Shown: positions 25,101 to 37,810 of the stretch, one piece after another
Position numbering within the stretch: position 1 is the stretch's first letter
Layout of the letters: the number at the start of each line of letters is the position of its first letter
Source: Macrostomum lignano
Lineage: Eukaryota
Reading direction: 5' to 3'
NCBI GenBank assembly: GCA_002269645.1
Contig: NIVC01003723.1
Location: 16,559 to 80,558, forward strand
Length of the DNA: 64,000 nt
Translations under genes and position numbers: made by a program
Notes under the pieces: model-generated
Seen by the model: only the letters and a program-made list of their open reading frames with translations
The model's database searches: none
Told to the model about the DNA's origin: nothing

Positions 25101-25919
25101 CAGCAACTGAGGATCTGGGAGGCTGGCCCAGCAACTGAGAATCTGGGAGGCTGGCCCAGCAACCGAGGATCTGGGAGTTCAGGAAGTTTCAGCCAGGAAC
25201 TCAAAGACAGAAATTCTAACCACAAACTTTACATATCAAGCTCCAATACAACAGCTAGCAGTAAGAATGAGTATAATTGTCAGCCTCACCTGTTCATACC
25301 GGTGAATAACTTTCTGACTAACTGCGCCCAGCAGATACAACAAGTGGCCAATTAGCGTACTTTTACCGGCGTCCACGTGACCAATAATCACTAAATTAAT
25401 CATGGCCCGGTCGCCCAAGCCAGCGCAATACCGTTTGTAGGCCTCCGCCGCCGAAGCTTCGGTCGAATCGCCGCCAGCAGAGTCAGGATCGGCGCCGTTT
25501 TTTCTAGGCGGCGCCGGGCTGGCGCTACGGGAGTTGCTGGCGCTATTAGCGGCCTGCTGCTGCTGCTGCTGCTGTTTAGTCGAGAGTAGCCGAGGCGAAG
25601 GCGAAGGGACGGATGGCGAGACGGCTACGGCGCCGGCAAAACCAACTTTGACGCTGTGCGCCGGTCCAGCCGTAGCCACGTGAAGGCGCGCCATTTGTGG
25701 CGCCGGCGCCGATTGGGGTGGCTCCTCTTTGACGTCAGGCAGAGGAGGCTGGGTGATCCGGCCGCCCGTGTCCTTGTCCCGGACAAACAGGTAAGCGCTG
25801 GCGGTGGCCGGCGACACGCCGAAGGCCGGCTCGTCTTCGAACGAGTGGCCGAACGATTCGTCTACGTCGTAGTCTTCGTCGTCGTTTAAAGCGATGTTTT
25901 TCACTCGACGACGGGACAT
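19160..25919 (-). CDS. HBS1L: HBS1-like translational GTPase; exons 25919-25290, 24808-24312, 24041-23606, 19450-19160
   Basis: HBS1 N-terminal-like [31 protein letters not shown]...[11 protein letters not shown]; G1 GHVDAGKST; [18 protein letters not shown]; [15 protein letters not shown]; NKMD; SGLEGANL; domain [16 protein letters not shown] and [16 protein letters not shown]. All junctions are phase-consistent. Confidence 0.93.
19506..19846 (+). repeat. Left array of ~74-bp units with Helitron-like termini (one partial plus 4 full units)
   Basis: Units start TCCACTATACTAAA at 19552, 19626, 19700 and 19774, and end CCAACCTCTCCGGAGGGGGGATTGGAATCTAG. Confidence 0.9.
20313..21050. repeat. 23-bp minisatellite (AATCATAGAAGCGTCATGTAAAC)n inside the Helitron-like element
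   Basis: About 32 copies. Confidence 0.93.
21915..21975 (+). repeat. Interstitial telomeric repeat (TTAGGG)n
   Basis: About 9 mostly perfect TTAGGG units; a degenerate copy lies near 21488-21520. Confidence 0.85.
22202..23388 (+). repeat. Right array of 16 ~74-bp units with Helitron-like termini
   Basis: TCCACTATACTAAATCTTATCAATTCAGAAATACGTGATTTGCCAACCTCTCCGGAGGGGGGATTGGAATCTAG repeated head-to-tail. Confidence 0.93.
24870..25180. repeat. 28-bp minisatellite (GGCCCAGCAACTGAGGATCTGGGAGGCT)n in HBS1L intron 1
   Basis: About 11 copies. Confidence 0.93.
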
Positions 25920-25989
25920 GATGAGGCTGGCGAGGCTGAGGCTGGAAGCATGGAATAGAGCATAGTCGATGGGGTGGCTCAGAGAGACT

Positions 25990-26360
25990 AAAAAACGGTA
26001 GGGAAAGATGAGACTAGAGTACAAAAGGGTGAGACTAGAGAACAGGATGGTGAGACTAGAGAACACGATGGTGAGACTAGAGAACAGAAGGGTGAGACCA
26101 GAGTACAGGAGGGTGAGAACAGAGAACAGGACGGAGAGACTAGAGTATAGGAGGGTGAGACTAGAGTACAGGAGAGTGAGAACAGAGAACAGGAGAGTGA
26201 GACTAGAGAACAGGAGGGTGAGACTAGAGAACAGAAAGGTGAGACTAGAGAACAGAAAGGTGAGACTAGAGAACAGAAAGGTGAGACTAGAGAACAGAAA
26301 GGTGAGACTAGAGTACAGGAGGGTGATACTAGAGAACAGAAAGGTGAGACTAAAGAACAG
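25990..26360. repeat. 21-bp repeat (GGTGAGACTAGAGAACAGAAA)n upstream of the HBS1L start
   Basis: About 17 copies. Confidence 0.9.
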
Positions 26361-26584
26361 GTGCGCAGGATTAAAAACACTACAAAGAGAACAATAACCA
26401 GAAATAAGATGAATATGCGCAACAGGCGCATTGGTTCCTGGAGTACTGAATCAAAGGTGGCATGACCCAGCCTAATAATACATTTTATTTGTCATTCACA
26501 ATCGGTCGCTTTTGGGAGAAACAATGATCAGGGGTTTTCAAAGCTACTTATTATCGAGCCGTGCCAGAAAAGGTGGGATCATCG

Positions 26585-26790
26585 GAATTAGACAGGGTTT
26601 CTAAGAATCGGTAGTTTATACCGAGTTTCTAAGAATCAGGATTGGACAATGGCAGTTTCTAAGAATCGAGATTAGACAGGGTTTCTAAGAATCGGTAGTT
26701 TATACCCAGTTTCTAAGAATCAGGATAGGACAATGGCAGTTTCTAAGAATCGAGATTAGACAGGGTTTCTAAGAATTGGAATTAGACCGA
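26585..26790. repeat. 84-bp higher-order repeat of three GTTTCTAAGAATC-containing subunits
   Basis: ATTAGACAGGG recurs at 26587, 26671 and 26755. Confidence 0.8.
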
Positions 26791-26887
26791 GACTTAATGT
26801 TTTGGATCGCGGGACTTCAAGATTTAGGACTATAAAGGAAAAGTATGTGGCATAACCAGTCGAACAAAAATGCCAGGAAAAGCTCAG

Positions 26888-29800
26888 TTAAGCTGCCTTC
26901 TTGGCCGACTTCCGTCTCAGCTTAGCGGGAGGCGGCGATTCAGATTCCTCGCTGCTGGCCACATCTTCCGGTTCGTCCACTTTGGCCGAGGCACTCGCCG
27001 CTTCCGGCTGTTCAGTTGGTTCGACATCACCATCCGACGAAGGCGGTAGCCAAACAATGCAACGGGTTGGCCGACAATTCGATTGCAAATCCAGACGGTG
27101 CAACAGGTTCAGAGTGCCGGCCTTCTGGTTCAGACTGGCCAGCACTATGCAGTTGGCGTCTCTGTAATTTAGTTATTATTATATAGATTTAGATTAGTAG
27201 CATTGATAATTCGATGATTTTCCTTGTATTGCTACTGTCAGTAGTTCAGTTTGGATATAATTAAGTTAAACTTTTTATACTTTTTAAAATACAGTATAAA
27301 ACAGAGATTTCTTTGCTTTTTAGTAGCAAAACTGCAAAAGCCTAAATTTCAATTTTCACTAAATTAAAATGGTTCGCCTTTTTCGGTAGGTATCTATCTA
27401 TATGGATTTAAAATTAGATTGAAAACCAATAGTCATTAAAGAAAAACAGATGAAAAGTTACTTTTAGCTTTTGAAATCCTAATTAGTTTAGTTTAAACTA
27501 AAACAGCTGCTTTTAGTTCCTAAAAACCTAAACAAAAACAGCTGTTTTAGTTCCTAAAAACCTAAACTAGAACAGCTACTTTGAGTTCATAAAAACCTAA
27601 ACTAAAACAGCTACTTTATTAGTTCCTAAAAACCTAAACTAAAACAACTACTTTATTAGTTCCTAAAAACCTAAACTAGAACAGCTACTTTATTAGTTCC
27701 TAAAAACCTAAACTAGAACAGCTACTTTATTAGTTCCTAAAAACCTAAACTAAAACAGCTACTTTTTTAGTTCCTAAAAAACTAAACTAAAACAACTACT
27801 TTATTAGTTCCTAAAAACCGTAACTAAAACAGCTACTTTTTTAGTTTCTAAAAACCGTAACTAAAACAGCTACTTTATTAGTTCCTAAAAACCTAAACTA
27901 AAACAGCTACTTTATTAGTTCCTAAAAACCTAAACTAAAACAACTACTTTATTAGTTCCTAAAAACCTAAACTAGAACAGCTACTTTATTAGTTCCTAAA
28001 AACCTAAACTAAAACAGCTACTTTATTAGTTCCTAAAAACCTAAACTAAAACAGCTACTTTTTTAGTTCCTAAAAACCTAAACTAGAACAGCTACTTCAT
28101 TAGTTCCTAAAAACCTAAACTAAAACAGCTACTTTATTAGTTCCTAAAAACCTAAACTAAAACAGCTACTTTATTAGTTCCTAAAAACCTAAACTAAAAC
28201 AGCTACTTTATTAGTTCCTAAAAACCTAAACTAGAACAGCTACTTTATTAGTTCCTAAAAACCTAAACTAAAACAGCTACTTTATTAGTTCCTAAAAACC
28301 TAAACTAAAACAGCTACTTTTTTAGTTCCTAAAAACCTAAACTAGAACAGCTACTTCATTAGTTCCTAAAAACCTAAACTAAAACAGCTACTTTATTAGT
28401 TCCTAAAAACCTAAACTAAAACAACTACTTTATTAGTTCCTAAAAACCTAAACTAAAACAGCTGCTTTTAGTTCCTAAAAACCTAAACAAAAACAGCTGT
28501 TTTAGTTCATAAAAACCTAAACTAGAACAGCTACTTTATTAGTTCCTAAAAACCTAAACTAAAACAGCTACTTTATTAGTTCCTAAAAACCTAAACTAAA
28601 ACAGCTACTTTTTTAGTTCCTAAAAACCTAAACTAAAACAGCTACTTTATTAGTTCCTAAAAAACTAAACTAAAACAACTACTTTATTAGTTCATAAAAA
28701 CCTAAACTAAAACAGCTACTTTTTTACTTCCTAAAAACCTAAACTAAAACAACTACTTTATTAGTTCCTAAAAACCTAAACTAAAAAAGCTACTTTATTA
28801 GTTCCTAAAAACCTAAACTAAAACAGCTACTTTTTTACTTCCTAAAAACCTAAACTAAAACAACTACTTTATTAGTTCCTAAAAACCTAAACTAAAAAAG
28901 CTACTTTATTAGTTCCTAAAAACCTAAACTAAAACAGCTACTTTATTAGTTCCTAAAAACCTAAACTAAAACAGCTACTTTTTAGCTCCTAAAAACCTTA
29001 ACTAAAACATCTACTTTTAGTCCCTAGTTTTTAATTTTTAGGTACTAGAAAACCAAAACCGAAACTGGCAGCTAGCTTTGCCAGATATGCAAAAAAACAC
29101 TTTAAAAATTTCTTCCCCATCATTAAACCTACCTGCCAGTACACACGGCAGCAAGCATTTGCCGGTTTTTCTGACCTTGACCAGCTGCGTCCAACCAAGC
29201 GGTCGCGTCCTTGACTCGACCGACCGCCTCCTTGAGCAGGTTGCCGTCAGCAATGCATTCTCCGCTAGTAGCTCTTAAGCAATTCAGCACACCGTCTGAG
29301 CGACCAACAAGCATCGCGGTTTTACACTTAAACGAAGGCCAATCATCTGATGATAAAAATGAATCGTTGCTAATCCTAGCACAGGTGACGGCAACTCCAA
29401 CAGAGCTGCTGATTTTATTGATTTCCCAGCTGTGTTGGCACTCGCAGGTGTCGATGTTGTGCCAGTCAATTGAGTCGCTGTACACCAGAGCGAACACAGT
29501 TGAACTGCACCATAGAATTGAGTCCGGCTGACGCTTCAGCTTCAGGGCGTAGCTGAGGGGTTGAGCATGATATTGTACAGTGAGCTGCTGTTTGCTATGA
29601 CAAGTTGCTGTGGCATTGAGCTTCTCAGGGGCTGCTACCCCTTCTCTACCCCAGGGTTTCTCAAGTATGGCTGCTACCCCCTCCTCTACCCCCAGGGTTT
29701 CTCAATTATGGCTGCTACCCCCTTCTCTACCCCCAGGGTTTCTCAATTATGGCTGCTACCCCTCCTCTACCCCCAGGGTTTCTCAATTATGGCTGCTACC

Positions 29801-32800
29801 CCTTCTCTACCCCCAGGGTTTCTCAATTATGGCTGCTACCCCTCCTCTACCCCCAGGGTTTCTCAATTATGGCTGCTACCCCTCCTCTACCCCCAGGGTT
29901 TCTCAATTATGGCTGCTACCCCTCCTCTACCCCCAGGGTTTCTCAATTATGGCTGCTACCCCCTCCTCTACCCCAGGGTTTCTCAATTATGGCTGCTACC
30001 CCTCCTCTACCCCCAGGGTTTCTCAATTATGGCTGCTACCCCTCCTCTACCCAGGGTTTCTCAATTATGGCTGCTACCCCTCCTCTACCCCAGGGTTTCT
30101 CAATTATGGCTGCTACCCCTCCTCTACCCCAGGGTTTCTCAATTATGGCTGCTACCCCTTCTCTACCCCAGGGTTTCTCAAGTATGGCTGCTACCCCTCC
30201 TCTACCCCAGGGTTTCTCAATTATGGCTGCTACCCCTTCTCTACCCCAGGGTTTCTCAATTATGGCTGCTACCCCTCCTCTACCCCAGGGTTTCTCAATT
30301 ATGGCTGCTACCCCTCCTCTACCCCAGGGTTTCTCAATTATGGCTGCTACCCCTCCTCTACCCCCAGGGTTTCTCAATTATGGCTGCTACCCCTCCTCTA
30401 CCCCAGGGTTTCTCAATTATGGCTGCTACCCCTCCTCTACCCCAGGGTTTCTCAATTATGGCTGCTACCCCTTCTCTACCCCAGGGTTTCTCAATTATGG
30501 CTGCTACCCCTTCTCTACCCCAGGGTTTCTCAAGTATGGCTGCTACCCCTCCTCTACCCCAGGGTTTCTCAATTATGGCTGCTACCCCTCCTCTACCCCA
30601 GGGTTTCTCAAGTATGGCTGCTACCCCTTCTCTACCCCCAGGGTTTCTCAATTATGGCTGCTACCCCTCCTCTACCCCAGGGTTTCTCAATTATGGCTGC
30701 TACCCCCTCCTCTACCCCCAGGGTTTTTCAATTATGGCTGCTACCCCCTTCTCTACCCCCAGGGTTTCTCAATTATGGCTGCTACCCCTCCTCTACCCCA
30801 GGGTTTCTCAATTATGGCTGCTACCCCTCCTCTACCCCCAGGGTTTCTCAATTATGGCTGCTACCCTCTTCTCTACCCCCAGGGTTTCTCAATTATGGCT
30901 GCTACCCCTCCTCTACCCCCAGGGTTTCTCAATTATGGCTGCTACCCCCTTCTCTACCCCCAGGGTTTCTCAATTATGGCTGCTACCCCTTCTCTACCCC
31001 AGGGTTTCTCAATTATGGCTGCTACCCCTTCTCTACCCCAGGGTTTCTCAATTATGGCTGCTACCCCTCCTCTACCCCAGGGTTTCTCAATTATGGCTGC
31101 TACCCCCTTCTCTACCCCAGGGTTTCTCAATTATGGCTGCTACCCCTTCTCTACCCCAGGGTTTCTCAATTATGGCTGCTACCCCCTTCTCTACCCCAGG
31201 GTTTCTCAATTATGGCTGCTACCCCTCCTCTACCCCCAGGGTTCCTCAATTGTGGCTGCTACCCCCTCCTCTACCCCCAGGGTTCCTCAATTATGACTGC
31301 TACCCCCTCCTCTACCCCCAGGGTTCCTCAATTATGGCTGCTACCCCCTCCTCTACCCCCAGGGTTCCTCAATTATGGCTGCTACCCCCTCCTCTACCCC
31401 CAGGGTTTTTCAATTGAATGAATGAGTGATTTTAATAAACGTGTCATACTCTATTGTTTTACATTTCCAATATAAACCTACATGTAATAAAAGTGTTTTC
31501 TATAGAATGAAGAACACATGCCAGATAAAACGAATGAATTTTAACCCAGGGTCATCAAGCTTGCGATAAACAGGAGAGCCAAGAAGATCAGAGCCCATTA
31601 GAACAGTTACAAGCTGTGTAAACATAGATAGAAAAACCCATGTTATAGAATATAGCTAGCTACTATCCGAAATGCACCTGTTTATAAATTTCTGCATCAA
31701 ATTAAGATTAAACAAACTGCAAGTTCCAGTGCTAAAAAAATGTTTACTTTTAATATATAGCAAACCCAATGTCAGACCCTAGCGTCAATTTACTTTAAAC
31801 TATAGAAATCTATTTTCTCACTCAACTTATCCACTAGATTCTTAGAACAGATCAAGAGCGTTTCTTAGAACAGGTCAAGGACGATTTTTAGAACAGGTCA
31901 AAGGCGAATCTTAGAACAGGTCAAGGATGATTCTTAGAACAGGTCAAGAGCGTTTCTTAGAACAGGTCAAGGACGATTTTTAGAACAGGTCAAAGGCGAA
32001 TCTTAGAACAGGTCAAGGATGATTCTTAGAACAGGTCAATGACGATTCTTAGAACAGGTCAATGACGATTCTTAGAACAGGTCAAAGGCGATTCTTAGAA
32101 CAGGTCAAGGGCGAATCATAGAACAGGTCAAGGGCGATTATTAGAACAGGTCAAGGGCGATTCTTAGAACAGGTCAAAGGCGATTCTTAGAACAGGTCAA
32201 AGGCGATTCTTAGAACAGGTCAAAGGCGATTCTTAGAACAGGTCAAGGGCGATTCTTAGAACAGGTAAAAGGCGATTCTTAGAACAGGTCAAGGGCGATT
32301 ATTAGAACAGGTCAAGGGCGATTCTTAGAACAGGTCAAAAGAATTTGAACAGAATAACAAACCAAACAAGCCGGCACTCACGCCTGCCTTCCTCGTATGA
32401 GATTCCAGGCTCGCAGGGTGCAATCGTCCCCAATAGACAGAGCCAGCCGACCCGACTGGTGCACTCCCAGAGATCTGACGCCCTCCTTATGCCGACGCAT
32501 TGTCCGAAGGCACTCCCAGCCGCGGCAAGACCAAATCGCTAAGCTCTTATCGCTGCTGCAGCTTAGCAGATGAGAATCGCCAAAGAATGCCAGATCCGTA
32601 ACTCCGCCTTCGTGCTGCATCAACTGGCCCAGCTTGCGCAGGCTAGACAGATTGTACAGACTAATCTGTTCGTCTCGAGAGCCGCTGGCTAGCCGACCAT
32701 TGGGAGACACAGCTAAGCAAGCTATCGCCTTCAGGTGCGCCGACGCCTCGGTGAATAGAGGCCGAAGTGTACGCGAAAGCGACGAAGATTGATCAGACGG

Positions 32801-32878
32801 AGTGTCTGCTGACAGATTGCTGACTGAGTAACCGGCAAGGCCACCCTCTAGGGTGCCGACCACCAGGACTGGGGCGGA
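26888..32878 (-). CDS. PAK1IP1: PAK1-interacting protein 1 / Mak11 WD40 ribosome-biogenesis factor; exons 32878-32382, 29552-29133, 27161-26888; no in-frame ATG found
   Basis: LVVGTLE...AHLKAIACLAVS...ASGSRDEQISLYNL...QHEGGVTDLAF...SCSSDKSLAIW...WECLRTMRRHKEGV...HQSGRLALSIGDDCTLRAWNLIRGR follows the PAK1IP1 pattern; basic C-terminal tail; junctions are phase-consistent. Confidence 0.88.
27480..29020. repeat. 37-bp minisatellite (AGTTCCTAAAAACCTAAACTAAAACAGCTACTTTATT)n in a PAK1IP1 intron
   Basis: About 41 copies. Confidence 0.96.
29620..31415. repeat. 39-41-bp minisatellite (CCCCAGGGTTTCTCAATTATGGCTGCTACCCCTCCTCTA)n in a PAK1IP1 intron
   Basis: About 44 copies; source of the three 500-600-aa pseudo-ORFs. 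Confidence 0.96.
31840..32340. repeat. 23-bp minisatellite (GATTCTTAGAACAGGTCAAGGGC)n in a PAK1IP1 intron
   Basis: About 21 copies. Confidence 0.93.
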
Positions 32879-32964
32879 CTTGTCACGTGACAGCAATTTT
32901 AGGAGCAATAAAATTAGTTTAATGGGAGATAATGCACTGCTGGATAAGGAGATTGACTTAGGAA

Positions 32965-33120
32965 CAATTTTTTGAGAACACTATGCCATTCTGAGACTGT
33001 TTTGAGAACAATATTTCATTCTGAGACTGTTTTTGAGAACAATATTTCATTCTGAGACTGTTTTTGAGAACACTATTCTATTCTGAGACTGTTTTTGAGA
33101 ACACTATTCCATTCTGAGAC
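32965..33120. repeat. 31-bp repeat (TTTTGAGAACACTATTCCATTCTGAGACTGT) x ~5
   Basis: Direct tandem copies just upstream of PAK1IP1. Confidence 0.85.
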
Positions 33121-33829
33121 TCAAGTGAATAAATAAACAGTAAAATAATAACAAACGCAGAACACGTTAATGAATGCCAAAACAGCTAGTAACTAAGGGA
33201 TCATTATGCATATTTTGTATTTGTATAAATATTATTGGTAGAATTAATGAAAAAAACTTGATTGCACCTCAATAAGCTACTACAGACTACTAATAATGTC
33301 TCAATATCAATAGAATACCAATAGAATAAGTGTAATATATAATAAACATAAGGCTATAAATTCTAAGCAAAAAAACTCGAATGATTCCAATCGAATGTTT
33401 GGCGTAAAGAATACTAAAAAAGATTGTTTTATGAAAATATATAAAATTGTCGATATATTGTTGAAAAAAAACTTGTCTGCAAAAAATCTAGAGGCACTAC
33501 TTGTAACCTAATGGAGTATATAATGAAGATTGGTAATGCGTACTGATCAAAGAGAACTACAATACCTATTGCACTCAATATCATAAAATTTATTGTAAAC
33601 TGGAGATTCGTTGTTGCATATAAAAAAGGGATTGAAAACGTCTAGCAATGGCTAAAACTGCCAATAAATCACCATAAAATAGATGCGAGCCTATTCAATA
33701 ATAGTATTGATATATATATGTGTATATAGTATGCACTGAATTGCTATGGCTATAAATATTATGTTGGATATACGATGGGCAGCCTTCACCAGACAGATGA
33801 TTTGACAAATTGAATAGACAAACTGGAAT

Positions 33830-33974
33830 AGGAGACAGAGACAGACAGACAGAGACAGAGTCAGACAGACAGAGAGACAGACAGACAGTCAGACAGAGAG
33901 ACAGACAGACAGACAGACAGAGAGACAGACAGACAGACAGACAGACAGTCAGACAGACAGACAGACAGACAGTC

Positions 33975-34005
<31 letters not shown>

Positions 34006-34062
34006 GAGACAGACAGACAGACAGACAGACAGTCAGACAGAGAGACAGACAGACAGACAGAC

Positions 34063-34099
<37 letters not shown>

Positions 34100-34172
34100 G
34101 TCAGACAGACAGACAGTCAGACAGTCAGACAGACAGACAGACAGTCAGACAGTCAGACAGACAGACAGACAA
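33830..34172. repeat. (GACA)n microsatellite
   Basis: About 85 tetramers with GAGA and GTCA interruptions. Confidence 0.95.
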
Positions 34173-34257
34173 TCCAGAGCAGCTAACAGATATAGATAGT
34201 CAAAGCTCCCCATATGTCCATACTACTGTTAGTAGCAGCTGACACGAAGCCCGCAGT

Positions 34258-35894
34258 CTAAGCCGGCAGCACTTCAGTCTTGAAGTCCTTAGTAACCAGG
34301 ATGAGCAGGCTGCCGGACTGCGGCACGTCGGCGGCCCCGCTGACCCAGTTGGCAAGCAGGTCGGCCACAAAGCTCAGCGGAGTCCACTCGCTGAGGCCGG
34401 CCTCGCCCATGGCCCGCCTGTTAGCCGGGGTGTCCAGCGTGACGGGCAGGATAGCCAGGGCGCGGGCGCCACTGGGTAGGCCCGAGTTTTTCTCGGCAAG
34501 TGAGCGAACCTGAGGTAAAAATAGGCGAGGTTTGATACAAAATGTGAATAAGAACACATTGAATCAATCGGAAAGATGAGATAAAGGTTGCGGATTGAAG
34601 AGAAGGAATCCGATCAAGAGAAGAAAATGAAGGGATTAAATGAAGGTCATGAAGCGATCCGATGAAAGGAATGAAGGGATCAGATGAATGGAATTAAGGG
34701 ATCAGGTGAAGGGAATTAAGGGATCAGGTGAAGGGAATTAAGGGATCAGATGAATGAATGGAATGAAGGGATCAGATGAATGGAATTAAGGGATCAGATG
34801 AAGGGAATGAAGGGATCAGATGAATGAATGGAATGAAGGGATCAGATGAATGAAATTAAGGGATCAGGTGAAGGGAATGAAGGGATCAGGTGAAGAGAAT
34901 TAAGGGATCAGGTGAATGAAGGGAATGAAGGGATCAGATGAAGGGAATGAAGGGATCAGGTGAAGGGAATGAAGGGATCAGATGAAGGGAATGAAGGGAT
35001 CAGATGAAGGGAATGAAGGGATCAGATGAATGAATGGAATGAAGGGATCAGGTGAAGGGAATGAAGGGATCAGATGAATGAATGGATCAAATGAAGGGAA
35101 TGAAGGGATCAGATGAATGAATGGAATGAAGGGATCAGATGAATGAATGGAATGAAGGGATCAGATGAAGGAAATAAAGGGATCGAATGGCAGGAAAGGA
35201 ATAAAGGGATCGAATGGCAGGAAAGGAATAAAGGGATCGAATGGCAGGAAAGGAATAAAGGGATCGAATGGCAGGAAAGGAATAAAGGGATCGAATGGCA
35301 GGAAAGGAATAAAGGAATCTGATGAAAGGTCATAAGGGATAAAGGGCACAAGTGGAATGAAGGGACTGGACTGAAATACTAAAAATGCAGTTGGCACACA
35401 GACAGACGAGGGCCGCTCACCAGATGATGCACGGCAGCCTTGGCCATGCCGTAGCCGATCATGCCGGGCGTCGGTCCCAACGCCGGCTGGGCGCCGGTGA
35501 GCAGCAGCAGAGAGTCCTTGGAGTCCAGCAGGTGCTTGGCGGCCAGAGAAGCGGCAATAACGCTAGTCCAGACCGACTGCTTCAGCACCAAGTCGCAGTT
35601 GGCGACGAAATTGTCGCTGCCGGCGTCTCCGCCGGCCCAGCCGCCGGCAACGCAGATCACGGCGTCGAGTTTAGCGCCGTCCAACACTTTGGCAACGTCG
35701 GTGACTACGGCGGCGTGTTGATCGGTTAGACTGCCGCTAGAAGGCGACACGGCTACGCTAGCATCGGCGTCGGGATTGTCAGCGCCGATGTCTACGCTGC
35801 ACACCCAGCAGCCCAGCTGTTTGAATTTCATTACGCAGGCTGAGCCAAGGGCGCCGCGACCGCCGTACACGAGGATTCGTTTGGTTGAGGACAT
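34258..35894 (-). CDS. QDPR: Dihydropteridine reductase; exons 35894-35421 and 34509-34258
   Basis: RILVYGGRGALGSACV, DAVICVAGGWAGG, LKQSVWTS, LTGAQPALGPTPGMIGYGMAKAAVHHL, ILPVTLDTPANR and WTPLSFVA are characteristic QDPR motifs. Confidence 0.95.
34665..35335. repeat. Two adjacent purine-rich minisatellites in the QDPR intron (21-25-bp GAATGAAGGGATCAGATGAA; 27-bp AAAGGGATCGAATGGCAGGAAAGGAAT)
   Basis: Tandem copies; the unit switches near 35170. Confidence 0.9.
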
Positions 35895-35994
35895 GTTGCT
35901 TTTGGTTTGCTTGAATTGGGGGGAATCGCTGCTGTTAGTGCCGCCAATGCACTGCAATTAGGTTGATTGTAGGACTGTCACTGCCACCCATCAT

Positions 35995-36835
35995 CAGTGT
36001 CACTCGCCTATCAGTCTGACACACTTACTCAGTGTCACTCCTCACTCACTCTGCCACCCCCACTCAGTGTCACTCCTCACTCACTCTGCCACCCCCACTC
36101 AGTGTCACTCCTACTCAGTGTCACTCCCACTCAGTGTCACTCCTCACTCACTCTGCCACCCCACTCAGTGTCACTCCTCACTCACTCTGTCACCCCCACT
36201 CAGTGTCACTCCTCACTCACTCTGCCACCCCCACTCAGTGTCACTCCTCACTCACTCTGTCACTCCTACTCAGTGTCACTCCTCACTCACTCTGCCACCC
36301 CCACTCAGTGTCACTCCTCACTCACTCTGTCACCCCCACTCAGTGTCACTCCTCACTCACTCTGCCACCCCACTCAGTGTCACTCCTCACTCACTCTGCC
36401 ACCCCTACTCAGTGTCACTCCTCACTCAGTCTGCCCCCCCCACTCAGTGTCACTCCTCACTCACTCTGCCACCCCACTCAGTGTCACTCCTCACTCACTC
36501 TGCCCCCCCACTCAGTGTCACTCCTCACTCACTCTGCCACCCCTATTCAGTGTCACTCCTCACTCACTCTGCCCCCCCCACTCAGTGTCACTCCTCACTC
36601 ACTCTGCCACCCCTATTCAGTGTCACTCCTCACTCACTCTGTCACTCCTACTCAGTGTCACTCCTCACTCACTCTGTCACTCCCACTCAGTGTCACTTCT
36701 CACTTACCCTGTCACTCCCACTCAGTGTCACTCCTCACTTGCCCTGTCACTCCTCACTCACTCTGTCACTCCTCACTTGCCCTGTAACTCCCACTCAGTG
36801 TCACTCCTCATTCACTCTGGTCACCCCTCACACAC
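35995..36835. repeat. ~35-bp minisatellite (CCCCACTCAGTGTCACTCCTCACTCACTCTGCCAC)n upstream of QDPR
   Basis: About 25 copies. Confidence 0.93.
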
Positions 36836-37544
36836 TCACTCTGTCCGGTAAAAACTAGAAGAAATGATAAAAGTCAACGCATTCGACACGATTAAAATAG
36901 ATAATGCAATTAGCCATATATATATATAATAATTAATGTATTACCTGCAGATGAGTGGTCACAAATCAGACAATAAAAAATCTATATTACGCGCATTTCA
37001 GATTCATATCTACTATAGTGGACAACAGCTAACACGAAGGCGCATTGTTTAAATGTTAGCGCTAGAAGTTACTATTAAAACGAAAGTTGAAATCAGTAAA
37101 AATGATTGGAATTATAATTTTTAAACGAAATAAACGGTACAATTGTTCAGCATGGCCATCTAGCAGACACAGCAGCACTAGCGAAATTTATTTTAATAAT
37201 AATTATGCCTAAGTCGGGAACAAACCAATACAACTTCAAGGCGGACAACAGACAGAATAAAATATTCCAGAACTATAATGAGATAGTACTAAGGTGTCGG
37301 TTCATACTACTGGCACACTGGTGCAAAGTTACGCGCATATAATTATAATTTAAACAATCATAATTGCAATTAAAAATTAAATTGAAATTCTACACTAAAA
37401 TGGACAACCGGACAAATTGGATAGACCTGGCGAAAGGACACCTTTCTATGCACACGAAATCCTAGTGTAACCTCATCGCAACTGAAAGCACATTATAACA
37501 GGAATGGTGCACATTTATTAAAGCGCGCGGGGCCAGTGTACATT

Positions 37545-37810
37545 CGAGTGAGAGATTGGGGTGAGAGAGTCGCGTAGGGCTAGTCGGGAATAATGTACAT
37601 CGGAGTGAGAGAGTGGGTGGGGGCTAGTCGGGATCAATGTACATTAGGGTGGGAGAGTGGGGCTGGTCGGGATCAATGTACATTGGGGTAAGAGAGTGGG
37701 GGCTGGTCGGGATCAATGTACATTGGGGTAAGAGAGTGGGGGCTGGTCGGGATCAATGTGCATTTGGGTAAGAGTGGGAGCTAGTAATGAGTAATGTACA
37801 TTGGGGTGAA
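37545..37810. repeat. ~40-bp repeat (GTACATTGGGGTAAGAGAGTGGGGGCTGGTCGGGATCAAT)n
   Basis: About 6 imperfect copies. Confidence 0.8.

Noticed and set aside
25920-26066. N-terminal extension of HBS1L in ORF 25236-26066
   Set aside because: The extension runs into the 21-bp repeat; similarity to HBS1 starts at the ATG at 25919.
29561-31421. Three overlapping ORFs of 515-618 aa
   Set aside because: Translations of a 39-41-bp minisatellite inside a PAK1IP1 intron; open only because the unit lacks stop codons.
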